Source of the DNA: Desulfobacterales bacterium
Lineage (GTDB): Bacteria > Desulfobacterota > Desulfobacteria > Desulfobacterales > UBA5852
Length of the DNA: 64,000 bases
Direction: 5' to 3'
Assembly (NCBI GenBank): GCA_963674755.2
Contig: CAXXVS010000002.1
Location: forward strand, 1,696,001-1,760,000
Shown here: positions 20,477 to 29,043 of the stretch, one piece after another
Layout: each line of letters starts with the position of its first letter
How positions within the stretch are numbered: the first letter of the stretch is position 1
The notes under the pieces: model-generated
The model's database searches: none
What the model was told of the DNA's origin: nothing
Seen by the model: the letters and a program-made list of their open reading frames with translations, nothing else
Position numbers and translations under genes: made by a program

Positions 20477-21700
20477 TCACGCCTGTCGTTTCATCAAAAG
20501 GGATACAAAAGTTCCACCCGAAGAAAAGCCGTTCACGAGTCCACAGGTCAGCGGGTGTGCCTGCGGGCGTCCCCGGACAAAGTTCAGCGGCGCCAGGGGC
20601 GTGTCCAGCCCCAGGGTCGGCGGCAGCAAGCCGTCCCTGAGGGAGAGGGCCATGGCGGCCGACCGGACCCCCCCGGACGAAAAGCTTTCCCCGAGAGCGC
20701 CTTTGACGGATCCGATCCGGGGGCCGTCCGGCAATGGGCCGAAAAGACCGGACAGGGCCTCGGCTTCGAGACGATCCAGACGGACGGCGCCATTGGCCGA
20801 AGCGGAGACATAATCCACCTGGCCTGGGGCAAGGCCCGCCCCCTGGAGGGCCCGCTGCATGGCCCGCACGGGCCCCCGTGAATCGTCGGGCCAGTCGGTG
20901 GGCGGTGCCGGCGACGAACTGAGCCCCCACCCGCCGATTTCACAATACGGTGTGGCACCCCGCTGCCGGGCATGGGTCAGGGACTCGAGGCATACGACCC
21001 CGGCACCCTCTCCCACCACAAAACCGTTGCGCCGGCGATCGAAGGGGCGCGCCTCCTCGTCCTCACCTTTCCCCGGCGAGAGGGCCTTGAAATGTGTCAA
21101 AATCTCGAAAAAGAAGGCGGAAAAGATATCGGCCCCGCCGGCCAGCATGACATCGGCCCGCCCGTTCCTGATTTCCGCGGCCGCATAGGCCAGGGCGGTT
21201 TCGGCCGAGGCTTCCCGGTGGTTGACGGTGGCGTTGATGCCCCGGAAGCCGATCTCGATGGCGGCGTGGCCGGCGGGCGCATTCATCACCGTGTTGGGTA
21301 CCAGAATGGGGTTCACCAGACGGGGTCCCTCGGTGAAGAGGGTCTCCATGAACCGGGCGGCCACATCGGTGCTGCCGAATGCCACCCCCAGGATGATCCC
21401 CACCCGATCCCGGTTGGCGGCCGTTATGGTGAGGCCGGCATCCTCCAGGGCCATGCGGGCCGAGGCCGTCGCCATGAGGGAGAGGCGGTCCATGCGCCGC
21501 CGGTTTTTAATGGAAATATGGTCCTTGGGATTGAACCCCTGCGCTTCGGCGCCCAGCCGGGAGGGGAAGCGTGCCGTATCGAAGGCGCTGATCGGCCGGA
21601 TGCCGGAGCGGCCGTCGAAAAGATTCCGGGCAAAGGCCGCCTTGCCGGTGCCCAGAGGCGTTACGACGCCCAGCCCTGTGACCACCACCGGATCAGGCAT
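20477..21700 (-). CDS. catalytically inactive ketosynthase (chain-length-factor-like)
   Basis: FabF fold (VVTGLGVV, RPFDRRRNGFVVGEGA), but TACSSG is replaced by HREASA, AHGT by ASAN and GHT by GES. Start overlaps the stop of the active KS. Confidence 0.85.
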   Translation of the reverse strand: MPDPVVVTGLGVVTPLGTGKAAFARNLFDGRSGIRPISAFDTARFPSRLGAEAQGFNPKDHISIKNRRRMDRLSLMATASARMALEDAGLTITAANRDRVGIILGVAFGSTDVAARFMETLFTEGPRLVNPILVPNTVMNAPAGHAAIEIGFRGINATVNHREASAETALAYAAAEIRNGRADVMLAGGADIFSAFFFEILTHFKALSPGKGEDEEARPFDRRRNGFVVGEGAGVVCLESLTHARQRGATPYCEIGGWGLSSSPAPPTDWPDDSRGPVRAMQRALQGAGLAPGQVDYVSASANGAVRLDRLEAEALSGLFGPLPDGPRIGSVKGALGESFSSGGVRSAAMALSLRDGLLPPTLGLDTPLAPLNFVRGRPQAHPLTCGLVNGFSSGGTFVSLLMKRQA

Positions 21701-22940
21701 GGTCCCGGTTCTCCGTCCGGTAACGCCCGATGACGACCGAGGTGTTGTTGCCCCCGAAGGCAAAGGAGTTGGACAACACAATAGCGAGCTCTGTCCGGCG
21801 CGCGCCTTCGGTCACGTAGTCGAGGTCGCAATCCGGATCGGGGGTCGTGAGATGAATCGTGGGCGGTATGAAGCCCCCCGTGATGGCCAGCACCGCGGCG
21901 ACCGCCTCGATGGCCCCGGCCGCGCCCAGGGTGTGGCCGGTCATGGATTTGGTGGAGCTCACGGGAATCGCATAGGCCCGCTCGCCGAAAACCTGTTTGA
22001 TCCCGACGGTCTCCATCCGGTCGTTGGCCGGGGTGGCGGTACCGTGGGCGTTGATGTAATCGACCCGGGACGGCGCGACACCGGCATCTTCCAGGGCCGC
22101 CCGCATGCAACGCACAGCCCCGGAGGCTTCGTGATCAGGGGCGGTCATGTGGTTGGCATCGCAGCTGATGCCGTAGCCCAACAATTCGCCGTGGATCCGG
22201 GCCCCCCGGGCCAGGGCATGCGCTAAAGATTCCAGGACCATCATACCGGCCCCCTCCCCCAGGGACATGCCCGCCCGGTGGCGGTCAAAGGGTTTGCAGT
22301 AGTGCGGGTCCACCGCCTTCAGGGCGTTGAAGGCGGCATAGGTGGTGCGGGCCAGGGGTTCGGCGCCGCCGGCAATCATCACCCGGGCCTGCCCGTCCCT
22401 TATCAGGTCCCGGGCATAGCCCAGCGCCGTGGCCCCGGAGGAACAGGCCGTCATGAAAGTGGTTTTCGGCCCCCCCAGGTTGAGTTTGGAGACGATATGA
22501 TCGGCGGATGAGGCGCAGCAAAACGCCGAAAAAGCGGAGAACCGCACCGCCGCGGCCTTGCCCTGCAGATGCCGGCGGAAAGCGGCCTCGCCTTCCAGCA
22601 TGCCACCGGCCCCGCCGCCCACGGCAACCCCGGTCTCCTCCCGCAAATCCCCGGGGAGAGGAAGGAGACCGGCATCCTGCAAGGCTTCCAGGGCCGCCGC
22701 CATGGCCATGACATCCGAACGGGACATACGTTTGCCGTAAAGGGCTTCGGGAATGGTCTCGTGGGGTGAAAAATCCCGGATCTCGCCGCCCGTGCGGGTC
22801 GGAAACCCTGTGGTATCAAACACCGTGATCGGACCGATGCCGCAGCGCCCCGCCTGCAGAGCGGCTGCAAAAGCGGGCGCCGTGCGGGCGACGGCATTGA
22901 CGGTTCCCAGCCCTGTGATGACAACACGCCTGCTTTCCAT
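21693..22940 (-). CDS. fabF: beta-ketoacyl-ACP synthase (FabF-like KS) with intact Cys-His-His triad
   Basis: TACSSG, YINAHGTAT, KSMTGHTLGAAG, SNSFAFGGNN. Confidence 0.9.
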   Translation of the reverse strand: MESRRVVITGLGTVNAVARTAPAFAAALQAGRCGIGPITVFDTTGFPTRTGGEIRDFSPHETIPEALYGKRMSRSDVMAMAAALEALQDAGLLPLPGDLREETGVAVGGGAGGMLEGEAAFRRHLQGKAAAVRFSAFSAFCCASSADHIVSKLNLGGPKTTFMTACSSGATALGYARDLIRDGQARVMIAGGAEPLARTTYAAFNALKAVDPHYCKPFDRHRAGMSLGEGAGMMVLESLAHALARGARIHGELLGYGISCDANHMTAPDHEASGAVRCMRAALEDAGVAPSRVDYINAHGTATPANDRMETVGIKQVFGERAYAIPVSSTKSMTGHTLGAAGAIEAVAAVLAITGGFIPPTIHLTTPDPDCDLDYVTEGARRTELAIVLSNSFAFGGNNTSVVIGRYRTENRDHA

Positions 22941-23286
22941 CGCTGCAGCGCCTTCCGCCTTCGATTTCGGTTGTGTTGTGGGTACGGCGGCATATGCCGG
23001 CCAGAGAAGCAACTGAAAGGGCCTCCGGGCCGCTTCCGGATGGCGGCGCCATCTCCCCGGCCGGGATGTCCGGTTGGAACTAACAAGTGGTCATGAAGGT
23101 GTCAAGCAGGGAAGCTGGTCATGCCTGTCTTTACAGGAATTGATAACGGTCGCGCGATAAGGCTGGTCGCCACGATGCCCATTGAAACAAGTTGACAACG
23201 CAAGGCCCCAAGACATAGGATTGACAGGTCATTGCGATGACCAGCCGACATTCCTTTCCGAACAACCTGTTTGACAGGATCTCCCC

Positions 23287-23709
23287 ATGCACGATCTGGA
23301 CATCGACACCCTCGTACCCCATCGCCGCCCTATGCGGTTGGTCGACGAAATCCTGGCTGTCGACGAGCATTCCGCCACCACCACCGCTACCGTGACGCCG
23401 GCTTGGCCGTCCTTCGCCGCCGGGGCGGTCAGCGCCCTGCTCACGATCGAGCTCGTCGCCCAGACGGCCGCCGTGATCGGCGGCTACAAAGCCCTCAGCG
23501 CGCCTTCCCCTACCAAAGTCCGCACGGGCATGCTGGTGGGCATCAAACAGGCCGATTTCCGGGTGGACGTCCTGCCGGCCGGAACCCGCCTCGTAATCCG
23601 GGCCACAACCCATCCCATTCTTGAAAATTTCAAAGAAATCAAAGGCGTTGTTGAAATTGACGACCGGATCGTCTGCGAGATGATCCTGCAGGGCGTCCAG
23701 TCCGCATGA
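23287..23709 (+). CDS. hotdog-fold 3-hydroxyacyl-ACP dehydratase (FabZ/ApeP-like)
   Basis: LVPHRRPMRLVD, IELVAQTAA, GMLVGIK; divergent from the KS pair. Confidence 0.85.
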   Translation: MHDLDIDTLVPHRRPMRLVDEILAVDEHSATTTATVTPAWPSFAAGAVSALLTIELVAQTAAVIGGYKALSAPSPTKVRTGMLVGIKQADFRVDVLPAGTRLVIRATTHPILENFKEIKGVVEIDDRIVCEMILQGVQSA

Positions 23710-23888
23710 ACCACTTTTGGTCCCCGGCCACAGCCCATCCTATGGCGGGCGGCGAATATAAGGGTGTGCATATTCTGACACCCCGCGTCAACGATTCTGC
23801 CACCATCATCCCCTGCCCCAGCACCAGCGCTGACGCTAAAATTCTATATCTAATTGTTATCATTATAAATATTGATTTTTATAAAAAA

Positions 23889-23904
23889 TGGCACATAGTT
23901 TGCT
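23889..23904 (+). promoter_or_regulatory. sigma54 (-24/-12) promoter
   Basis: TGGCAC-ATAGT-TTGCT, an exact consensus match, preceded by an AT-rich IHF-like tract (23860-23888). Confidence 0.75.
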
Positions 23905-23914
23905 AAAATCTCAT

Positions 23915-23971
23915 GCAGACCATCTTTTCTCCCTCCTCTTAGGGGCAAGGCATAGGGCCTTGCCCCTTTTA
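23915..23971 (+). ncRNA. candidate small regulatory RNA (about 57 nt)
   Basis: Lies between the sigma54 promoter and an intrinsic terminator; carries single-stranded UUUUCUCCCUCCUCU; no credible ORF. Confidence 0.5.
23941..23970 (+). terminator. Rho-independent terminator
   Basis: AGGGGCAAGGC-ATAGG-GCCTTGCCCCT (11-bp stem) followed by TTT. Confidence 0.8.
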
Positions 23972-23976
23972 CTTTG

Positions 23977-24096
23977 GACGGCGTCGTAAAAGGCTCAATA
24001 TCAGCGTTGTGCTTCATCGGCGTTGTGCTTCATTTCTCGTCAGGCCTCCTCATCGAAATTCGCTCGCCTTGATCTTGAGCCTTTTACGACGCCCTC
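23977..24096. mobile_element. MITE (120 bp), same family as the 14.1-kb element, opposite orientation
   Basis: TIR GACGGCGTCGTAAAAGGCTCAATATCA / TGATCTTGAGCCTTTTACGACGCCCTC (2 mismatches). Its reverse complement shares ATCAAGGCG, GACGAG and GCACAACGCCGA with the 14.1-kb element. Confidence 0.75.
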
Positions 24097-24186
24097 TGCG
24101 ATACAATCTTCCCCCTCCCATTCCCCTGCCTTTCGGATCGCACCAGCCGGGCAGGCTTTCACGGGCATCCACTATCCTGATAAGCG

Positions 24187-24213
24187 AAAAGGCGGAGCGT
24201 TGAGCCCCGCCTT
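24187..24213 (-). terminator. intrinsic terminator of the small-peptide operon
   Basis: Minus strand AAGGCGGGGC-TCAAC-GCTCCGCCTT-TT. Confidence 0.65.
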
Positions 24214-24257
24214 CTCTTCAGTTCTTTAGCGCCCTCTGACCAAACAGCCTGAACGGC

Positions 24258-24434
24258 TCAGGAGGTCTTGACGCAGGTTTTCGCACGCCGGCCGCTTTGC
24301 CAGGCGGCGAAACGGTAGCAATGATGCTTCTGTTCTTCTGTTCTCGAAGGACTGTCACAATATTTGAGATGCTCCCTCAACCGATGGTGTTCTTTGGAGC
24401 AGCATGCTTTGGCTCTATTCTTGTCGCTGGCCAT
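24258..24434 (-). CDS. 58-aa basic Cys/His-rich small protein
   Basis: Strong RBS AGGAGG at correct spacing; MASDKNRAKACCSKEHHRLREHLKYC...KHHCYR...KTCVKTS; followed by a terminator. Confidence 0.65.
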   Translation of the reverse strand: MASDKNRAKACCSKEHHRLREHLKYCDSPSRTEEQKHHCYRFAAWQSGRRAKTCVKTS

Positions 24435-24490
24435 GATATCCTCCTGTACAATGCTGCCGTCCGATATGGCCGCCTCTTTAGAGACCGCCC

Positions 24491-24649
24491 CTAACAACAG
24501 CAGCAGCAACAATCATCCTCGGCTTCGTCTTCAGGCGATGCCCACAATTGGCAGCTATCCTCATCGCAGCGATGGCCGTCGGCATCATCCGGATGGGCCG
24601 ATGTTTCCTCGGGGGTCTTGGGTTCGGTTTGATGATCTTCCATGGACAT
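24491..24649 (-). CDS. 52-aa acidic peptide ending in six consecutive Cys
   Basis: RBS GGAGG before ATG 24649; MSMEDHQTEP...HRCDEDSCQLWASPEDEAEDDCCCCCC-stop. Confidence 0.6.
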   Translation of the reverse strand: MSMEDHQTEPKTPEETSAHPDDADGHRCDEDSCQLWASPEDEAEDDCCCCCC

Positions 24650-24951
24650 AACCACCTCCATCGATATTCGTTGTTTCATCCGTCCGTTCCTTCCACAGAT
24701 AGTGTTGCCCTGAAGTTTTTATTGTCAAGGGGTGTACCGATCGGTTTTGATCAGCCGCGGATGGACGTTCGATGCCCGGAATGATGAAACGGCATCCGCC
24801 GGAAGCGGCCTGCCAGTGAAAAGATTTTCCGCCAGCAAGACCAGGGCCGCGTCGGTGTAACGCTTGCAGTTTGCCTATCCATGCGTTATGAAAATCAGGT
24901 AATCAACACAAACGGAACTTAATCCGCAGAGCAAACCGAAAGCGGTGCGGC

Positions 24952-25971
24952 ATGAAAAAACAACCGCACAACATTCCCGCCCCGGTAGCACCAAAGAACC
25001 ATGCCAAGCCCGATCCGGCCAAAACCCCACAAGGGCAAAAGGTCGCATTGGTCGTCGACGACGAGGGGGCCATGCGCCGTCTGCTGACCAGGATCCTCTC
25101 CAAACAAAACCTGGAAGTCCTGACAGCCGGAAATGCCGCCCAAGCCAGGGATATCCTTGGCCAAAGACCGATTGCCCTGATGCTGTGTGATCTGATGATG
25201 CCCGGCGAGCCGGGCCAAAGCCTCATTGAGCATGTGGCCCGCGCCCATCCCGACACGGCCGTCGTGGTGGTTACGGGTCTCACCGAACCCGGGGAAGCCG
25301 AGCGCGTCATCGATATCGGTGTGCTGGGGTACCTGATCAAGCCTTTCGATAAAAACCAGGTATTGATTACCATCTCTAACGCCCTGCGACTGAGAGAGTT
25401 CGAACTCCGCGATCGAATCCGACGGGAAGCGCTTGAGAAGGAAGTCCGGAAAAAAAACCACGACCTGATCGATCTGCATGAAACCCTGCAGCAGCGTCAG
25501 CAGGAAATGCAGGAGCAGGAACTGTCCCTGCGCGACGCCGCCGGTACGGTGCGCACGCTACTCAGCCAGCAGCGCCGGGAAAAGACCGATTTCGAGACGG
25601 TCATCCTGGAAAACGTCCGCCAAAGCGTCCAGCCCTTTATCCATAAACTGAAGGCCACCCGGCTTTCACCGACCCAGGCGAATTATCTGGACGCCTTGCA
25701 AATGAATCTGGAGAACATCATCTCGCCCTTCATCAAAGTCGTTTCCTCCCGCTATTTGGACCTGACCCCCACCGAACTGCAGGTGGCCGATCTGATCCGC
25801 CAGGGCCGGCGCACGAAGGATATCGCAGCGATATTGAACCTGTCTCCCAACACGGTCATGACCCATCGCTACCACCTGCGCGACAAGCTCGGCCTGAAAA
25901 ACAAGTCCGTCAGTCTTTCCACATATCTTAAAACGCTGGAGCAAAGGCAGGATACGACCGTTCCGCCTTGA
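24952..25971 (+). CDS. response regulator: REC, coiled coil, LuxR HTH
   Basis: LVVDDE, LCDLMMPG, YLIKPF; C-terminal LTPTELQVADLIRQGRRTKDIAAILNLSPNTVMTHRYHLRDKLGL. Confidence 0.92.
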   Translation: MKKQPHNIPAPVAPKNHAKPDPAKTPQGQKVALVVDDEGAMRRLLTRILSKQNLEVLTAGNAAQARDILGQRPIALMLCDLMMPGEPGQSLIEHVARAHPDTAVVVVTGLTEPGEAERVIDIGVLGYLIKPFDKNQVLITISNALRLREFELRDRIRREALEKEVRKKNHDLIDLHETLQQRQQEMQEQELSLRDAAGTVRTLLSQQRREKTDFETVILENVRQSVQPFIHKLKATRLSPTQANYLDALQMNLENIISPFIKVVSSRYLDLTPTELQVADLIRQGRRTKDIAAILNLSPNTVMTHRYHLRDKLGLKNKSVSLSTYLKTLEQRQDTTVPP

Positions 25972-26238
25972 TCGGGTGATCCGCGGGAGGGGGTTGTCCG
26001 CTGTTCGGGAAGAAACGCAAGGACAGAATCCTGCAAGCGATTAAAATATTATGGATTAATTACAAATTCAAAGGTTTTTCCAGCACCGGCGTCGGGCTTG
26101 CCTTGACCCGAAAAACCGCCTCCCGAATGGTGCGGAAAGATCCGGGCTGAAAGCATCCCGGAGCTGGGCGCGCCCCTTTGCCCCGCAATACGCTAATCGC
26201 TAACCGAGGACGCATTCACTTAACAGCGGAGGCCCCAC

Positions 26239-26673
26239 ATGAATAACAGTCTTGACAGTCGTCGCCCCATTTTGTTGGTCGAAGATAATCCCTTGGATAT
26301 CGACCTGACGAAAAGAGCATTTAAAAAGCGGCATTTTCTCAACCCTCTCAGCATTGCCCGCGACGGCGAAGAGGCCTTAGCCTGTATCGAGAAATGGGAA
26401 CAGGGCGATCCTATACCCCTCCTCATCCTATTGGACTTAAAGCTGCCCAAGGTCGACGGCTTGGAAGTCCTGCGCCAAATAAAAGCGCATGCAACATTTC
26501 ACGTCATTCCGGTGGTTGTTCTTACCTCATCATCCGAAGACAAGGATATCGAAACCGCCTATAAGTATGGGGCGAATTCCTATATTGTAAAACCGGTCGA
26601 TTTTGACAAATTTTTGCAAGTTGCCACTGACATTGAAATATACTGGCTGGCCACGACGACATTGCCGAGGTAA
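26239..26673 (+). CDS. single-domain response regulator (Rcp1-like)
   Basis: LLVEDNPLD, ILLDLKLPKVDGLEVL, GANSYIVKPVDF and C-terminal YW, typical of the Rcp1 class. Confidence 0.92.
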   Translation: MNNSLDSRRPILLVEDNPLDIDLTKRAFKKRHFLNPLSIARDGEEALACIEKWEQGDPIPLLILLDLKLPKVDGLEVLRQIKAHATFHVIPVVVLTSSSEDKDIETAYKYGANSYIVKPVDFDKFLQVATDIEIYWLATTTLPR

Positions 26674-26675
26674 TC

Positions 26676-29018
26676 ATGAGAGTCCTCTATATCGAAGATA
26701 ATCCTTTGGATGTTGACCTGACACGGCACGCCTTCCGGAAAAGCCGGCCGGAGCTTGAATTGGACGTTGCAAGATCCCAACGCGAAGCCCTGGAAAAAAT
26801 CAAGGGGATCGATGTTGCCAACTACGACCTGGTACTTACGGATATGCATCTCGGCGACGGAGACGGCCTCGCCATTTTATCCCACATCAGAAGCCGTTCG
26901 ATTCCCCTACCCGTCGTCATTCTGACGGGTCAGGGCGACGAGGAGTTCGCGGTGGCCGCCCTCAAAGCCGGGGCGGAGAATTATATTGTCAAAAAAAGCG
27001 GCTATCTGGATTCCCTGCCGCGGATTCTGGAGGAGGCCCATGCGTCTTTTCGAACCGGCCAGGAAAGAAAAGCATATTCCCTTAAAGTTCTTTATGTGGA
27101 GCACAACCAGGCGGACGTCGATTTAACCCTTCGGCATTTTCGGCAGCATGCCCCCCATATCGCATTTACCGTCATCTGCCGCGTTGCTGAGTTTATCACC
27201 CTGCTGCAGGATTCCCAAAACGAACTGGCGCGTTATGATGTTATCCTACTGGACTACAGGCTGCCCCAGGAAAACGCGCTGGAGCTTTTGAAACGCGTTA
27301 AAAATTCGGATTTTTCTAAAATTCCCGTTATCCTGATTACAGGCAAAGGCGACGAAGAAATCGCCGTGCAGGCATTAAGGATCGGCGCTTTCGACTATGT
27401 CACCAAAAACCAGGGTTATCTTTACAAACTCCCTTCGGCAATCGAAAATGCCAATTATAGCGTACGTCTTGAACGCGAACGTCAAGCGCTCCTCGAAAGC
27501 GAACAGCGCTATCGCAGTCTATTTGAGAACAACCACACCATCATGTTGCTGGTCGATCCCCTGAAGCAGCAAATCGTAGATGCCAATCCGGCCGCCGTCA
27601 ACTTCTATGGCTGGTCCCGGGAAGCGTTTAAGGGTAAGCCTGTTACGGAAGTTAACACGTTAAGTGCCGGTGAAATGCGAAAGCAAATCCAGGCGGCCGC
27701 CAATGAAGACCGCCATCATTTCATTTTCAAGCATTACCGGGCCGATGGTTCCGTCTGCGACGTGGAGGTCTATAGCGGACCGATTGAAATCGGCGGGAAA
27801 CCGCTACTCTATTCTATCATTTATGACATCTCAGAAAGGCTTCAAGTAGAACGCGAGGGAGAGAAACTGAGAGCGCAACTCGCACAGGCCCAGAAGATGG
27901 AAGCCGTTGGTCAATTGGCCGGCGGTATCGCCCATGATTTCAACAACGTTCTTTCACCGATTTTAGGGTTTACCGAATTGGCGCTGGAAGATGTCGAAAC
28001 CGGCTCCCAAATCGAGGACAGCCTTCAAGAAGTCTATCGTGCCGCCAAGCGGGCAAGGGATCTTGTAAAGCAAATCTTGGCTTTTGCAAGACAGACGGAT
28101 GAAGATCGCAAACCCATCGAACTCGGCCTTGTCGTGAAGGAAGCCCTTAAACTCCTTCGCTCCACGATTCCCACCTCGATCGAAATCAATGGCATTATTG
28201 AAAGCACGGCGCTTGTTTTAGGCAACGCCACCCAGCTTCATCAAATCATATTGAATCTATGCACCAATGCTTATCACGCGATGGAAAACACGGGCGGAGT
28301 CCTGTCCGTCCATTTAGAGGACTTCAACAATTCGCCCTCAAAGGACAACCCGCATCCCGAGCTCACCCATGACGACTATATTCAACTCACCATTGCGGAT
28401 ACGGGGATCGGCATCCCTGAGGCTATTATGGAATCGATCTTCGAGCCCTATTTTACGACCAAAGAACCCGGGAAAGGGACGGGCATGGGGCTGGCCATGG
28501 TGCATGGCATTGTCGAGGCCTATAGCGGTAAAATTTTTGTCGAAACCGTTCCCGGCGAGGGATCACGTTTTACCATTTTTCTCCCTGCTACGAAGCAGCC
28601 GCCCTCCGACAATCTCTATGTTTCCAAAACCCTGCCATCCGGCCAGGAGCGCCTGCTATTCATCGATGACGAAGTCGCGATCACCAAGATCGGGCATCGG
28701 ATTCTATCAAGTTTGGGATACACGGTTACCACCATGACGAGTAGTACAGCCGCCTTAGATCATTTCCGCAACACACCCGAGGCGTTCGACCTGGTTTTAA
28801 CCGATATGACGATGCCGAAGATGAACGGCGATCAGCTGGCCGTCGAATTGCGCGGTATCCGGGCGGATATTCCGATCATTCTGTGCACCGGCTACAGCAA
28901 ACAAATATCGGATGAATCGATTGATCGTATCGGTATCAACCGCCTGCTGTTTAAACCCATAACGAAATCCGATTTGGCCAGGGCCGTCCGCCACGTCCTG
29001 GATGGCGCCAAAGGATAA
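26676..29018 (+). CDS. hybrid histidine kinase REC-REC-PAS-HisKA-HATPase-REC
   Basis: Two N-terminal receivers, PAS (DANPAA), GGIAHDFNN, EPYFTTK/GTGMGL, C-terminal receiver (LTDMTMP). Confidence 0.93.
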   Translation: MRVLYIEDNPLDVDLTRHAFRKSRPELELDVARSQREALEKIKGIDVANYDLVLTDMHLGDGDGLAILSHIRSRSIPLPVVILTGQGDEEFAVAALKAGAENYIVKKSGYLDSLPRILEEAHASFRTGQERKAYSLKVLYVEHNQADVDLTLRHFRQHAPHIAFTVICRVAEFITLLQDSQNELARYDVILLDYRLPQENALELLKRVKNSDFSKIPVILITGKGDEEIAVQALRIGAFDYVTKNQGYLYKLPSAIENANYSVRLERERQALLESEQRYRSLFENNHTIMLLVDPLKQQIVDANPAAVNFYGWSREAFKGKPVTEVNTLSAGEMRKQIQAAANEDRHHFIFKHYRADGSVCDVEVYSGPIEIGGKPLLYSIIYDISERLQVEREGEKLRAQLAQAQKMEAVGQLAGGIAHDFNNVLSPILGFTELALEDVETGSQIEDSLQEVYRAAKRARDLVKQILAFARQTDEDRKPIELGLVVKEALKLLRSTIPTSIEINGIIESTALVLGNATQLHQIILNLCTNAYHAMENTGGVLSVHLEDFNNSPSKDNPHPELTHDDYIQLTIADTGIGIPEAIMESIFEPYFTTKEPGKGTGMGLAMVHGIVEAYSGKIFVETVPGEGSRFTIFLPATKQPPSDNLYVSKTLPSGQERLLFIDDEVAITKIGHRILSSLGYTVTTMTSSTAALDHFRNTPEAFDLVLTDMTMPKMNGDQLAVELRGIRADIPIILCTGYSKQISDESIDRIGINRLLFKPITKSDLARAVRHVLDGAKG

Positions 29019-29043
29019 GGCTTCAAGTGCCGGGAAAGTGACC

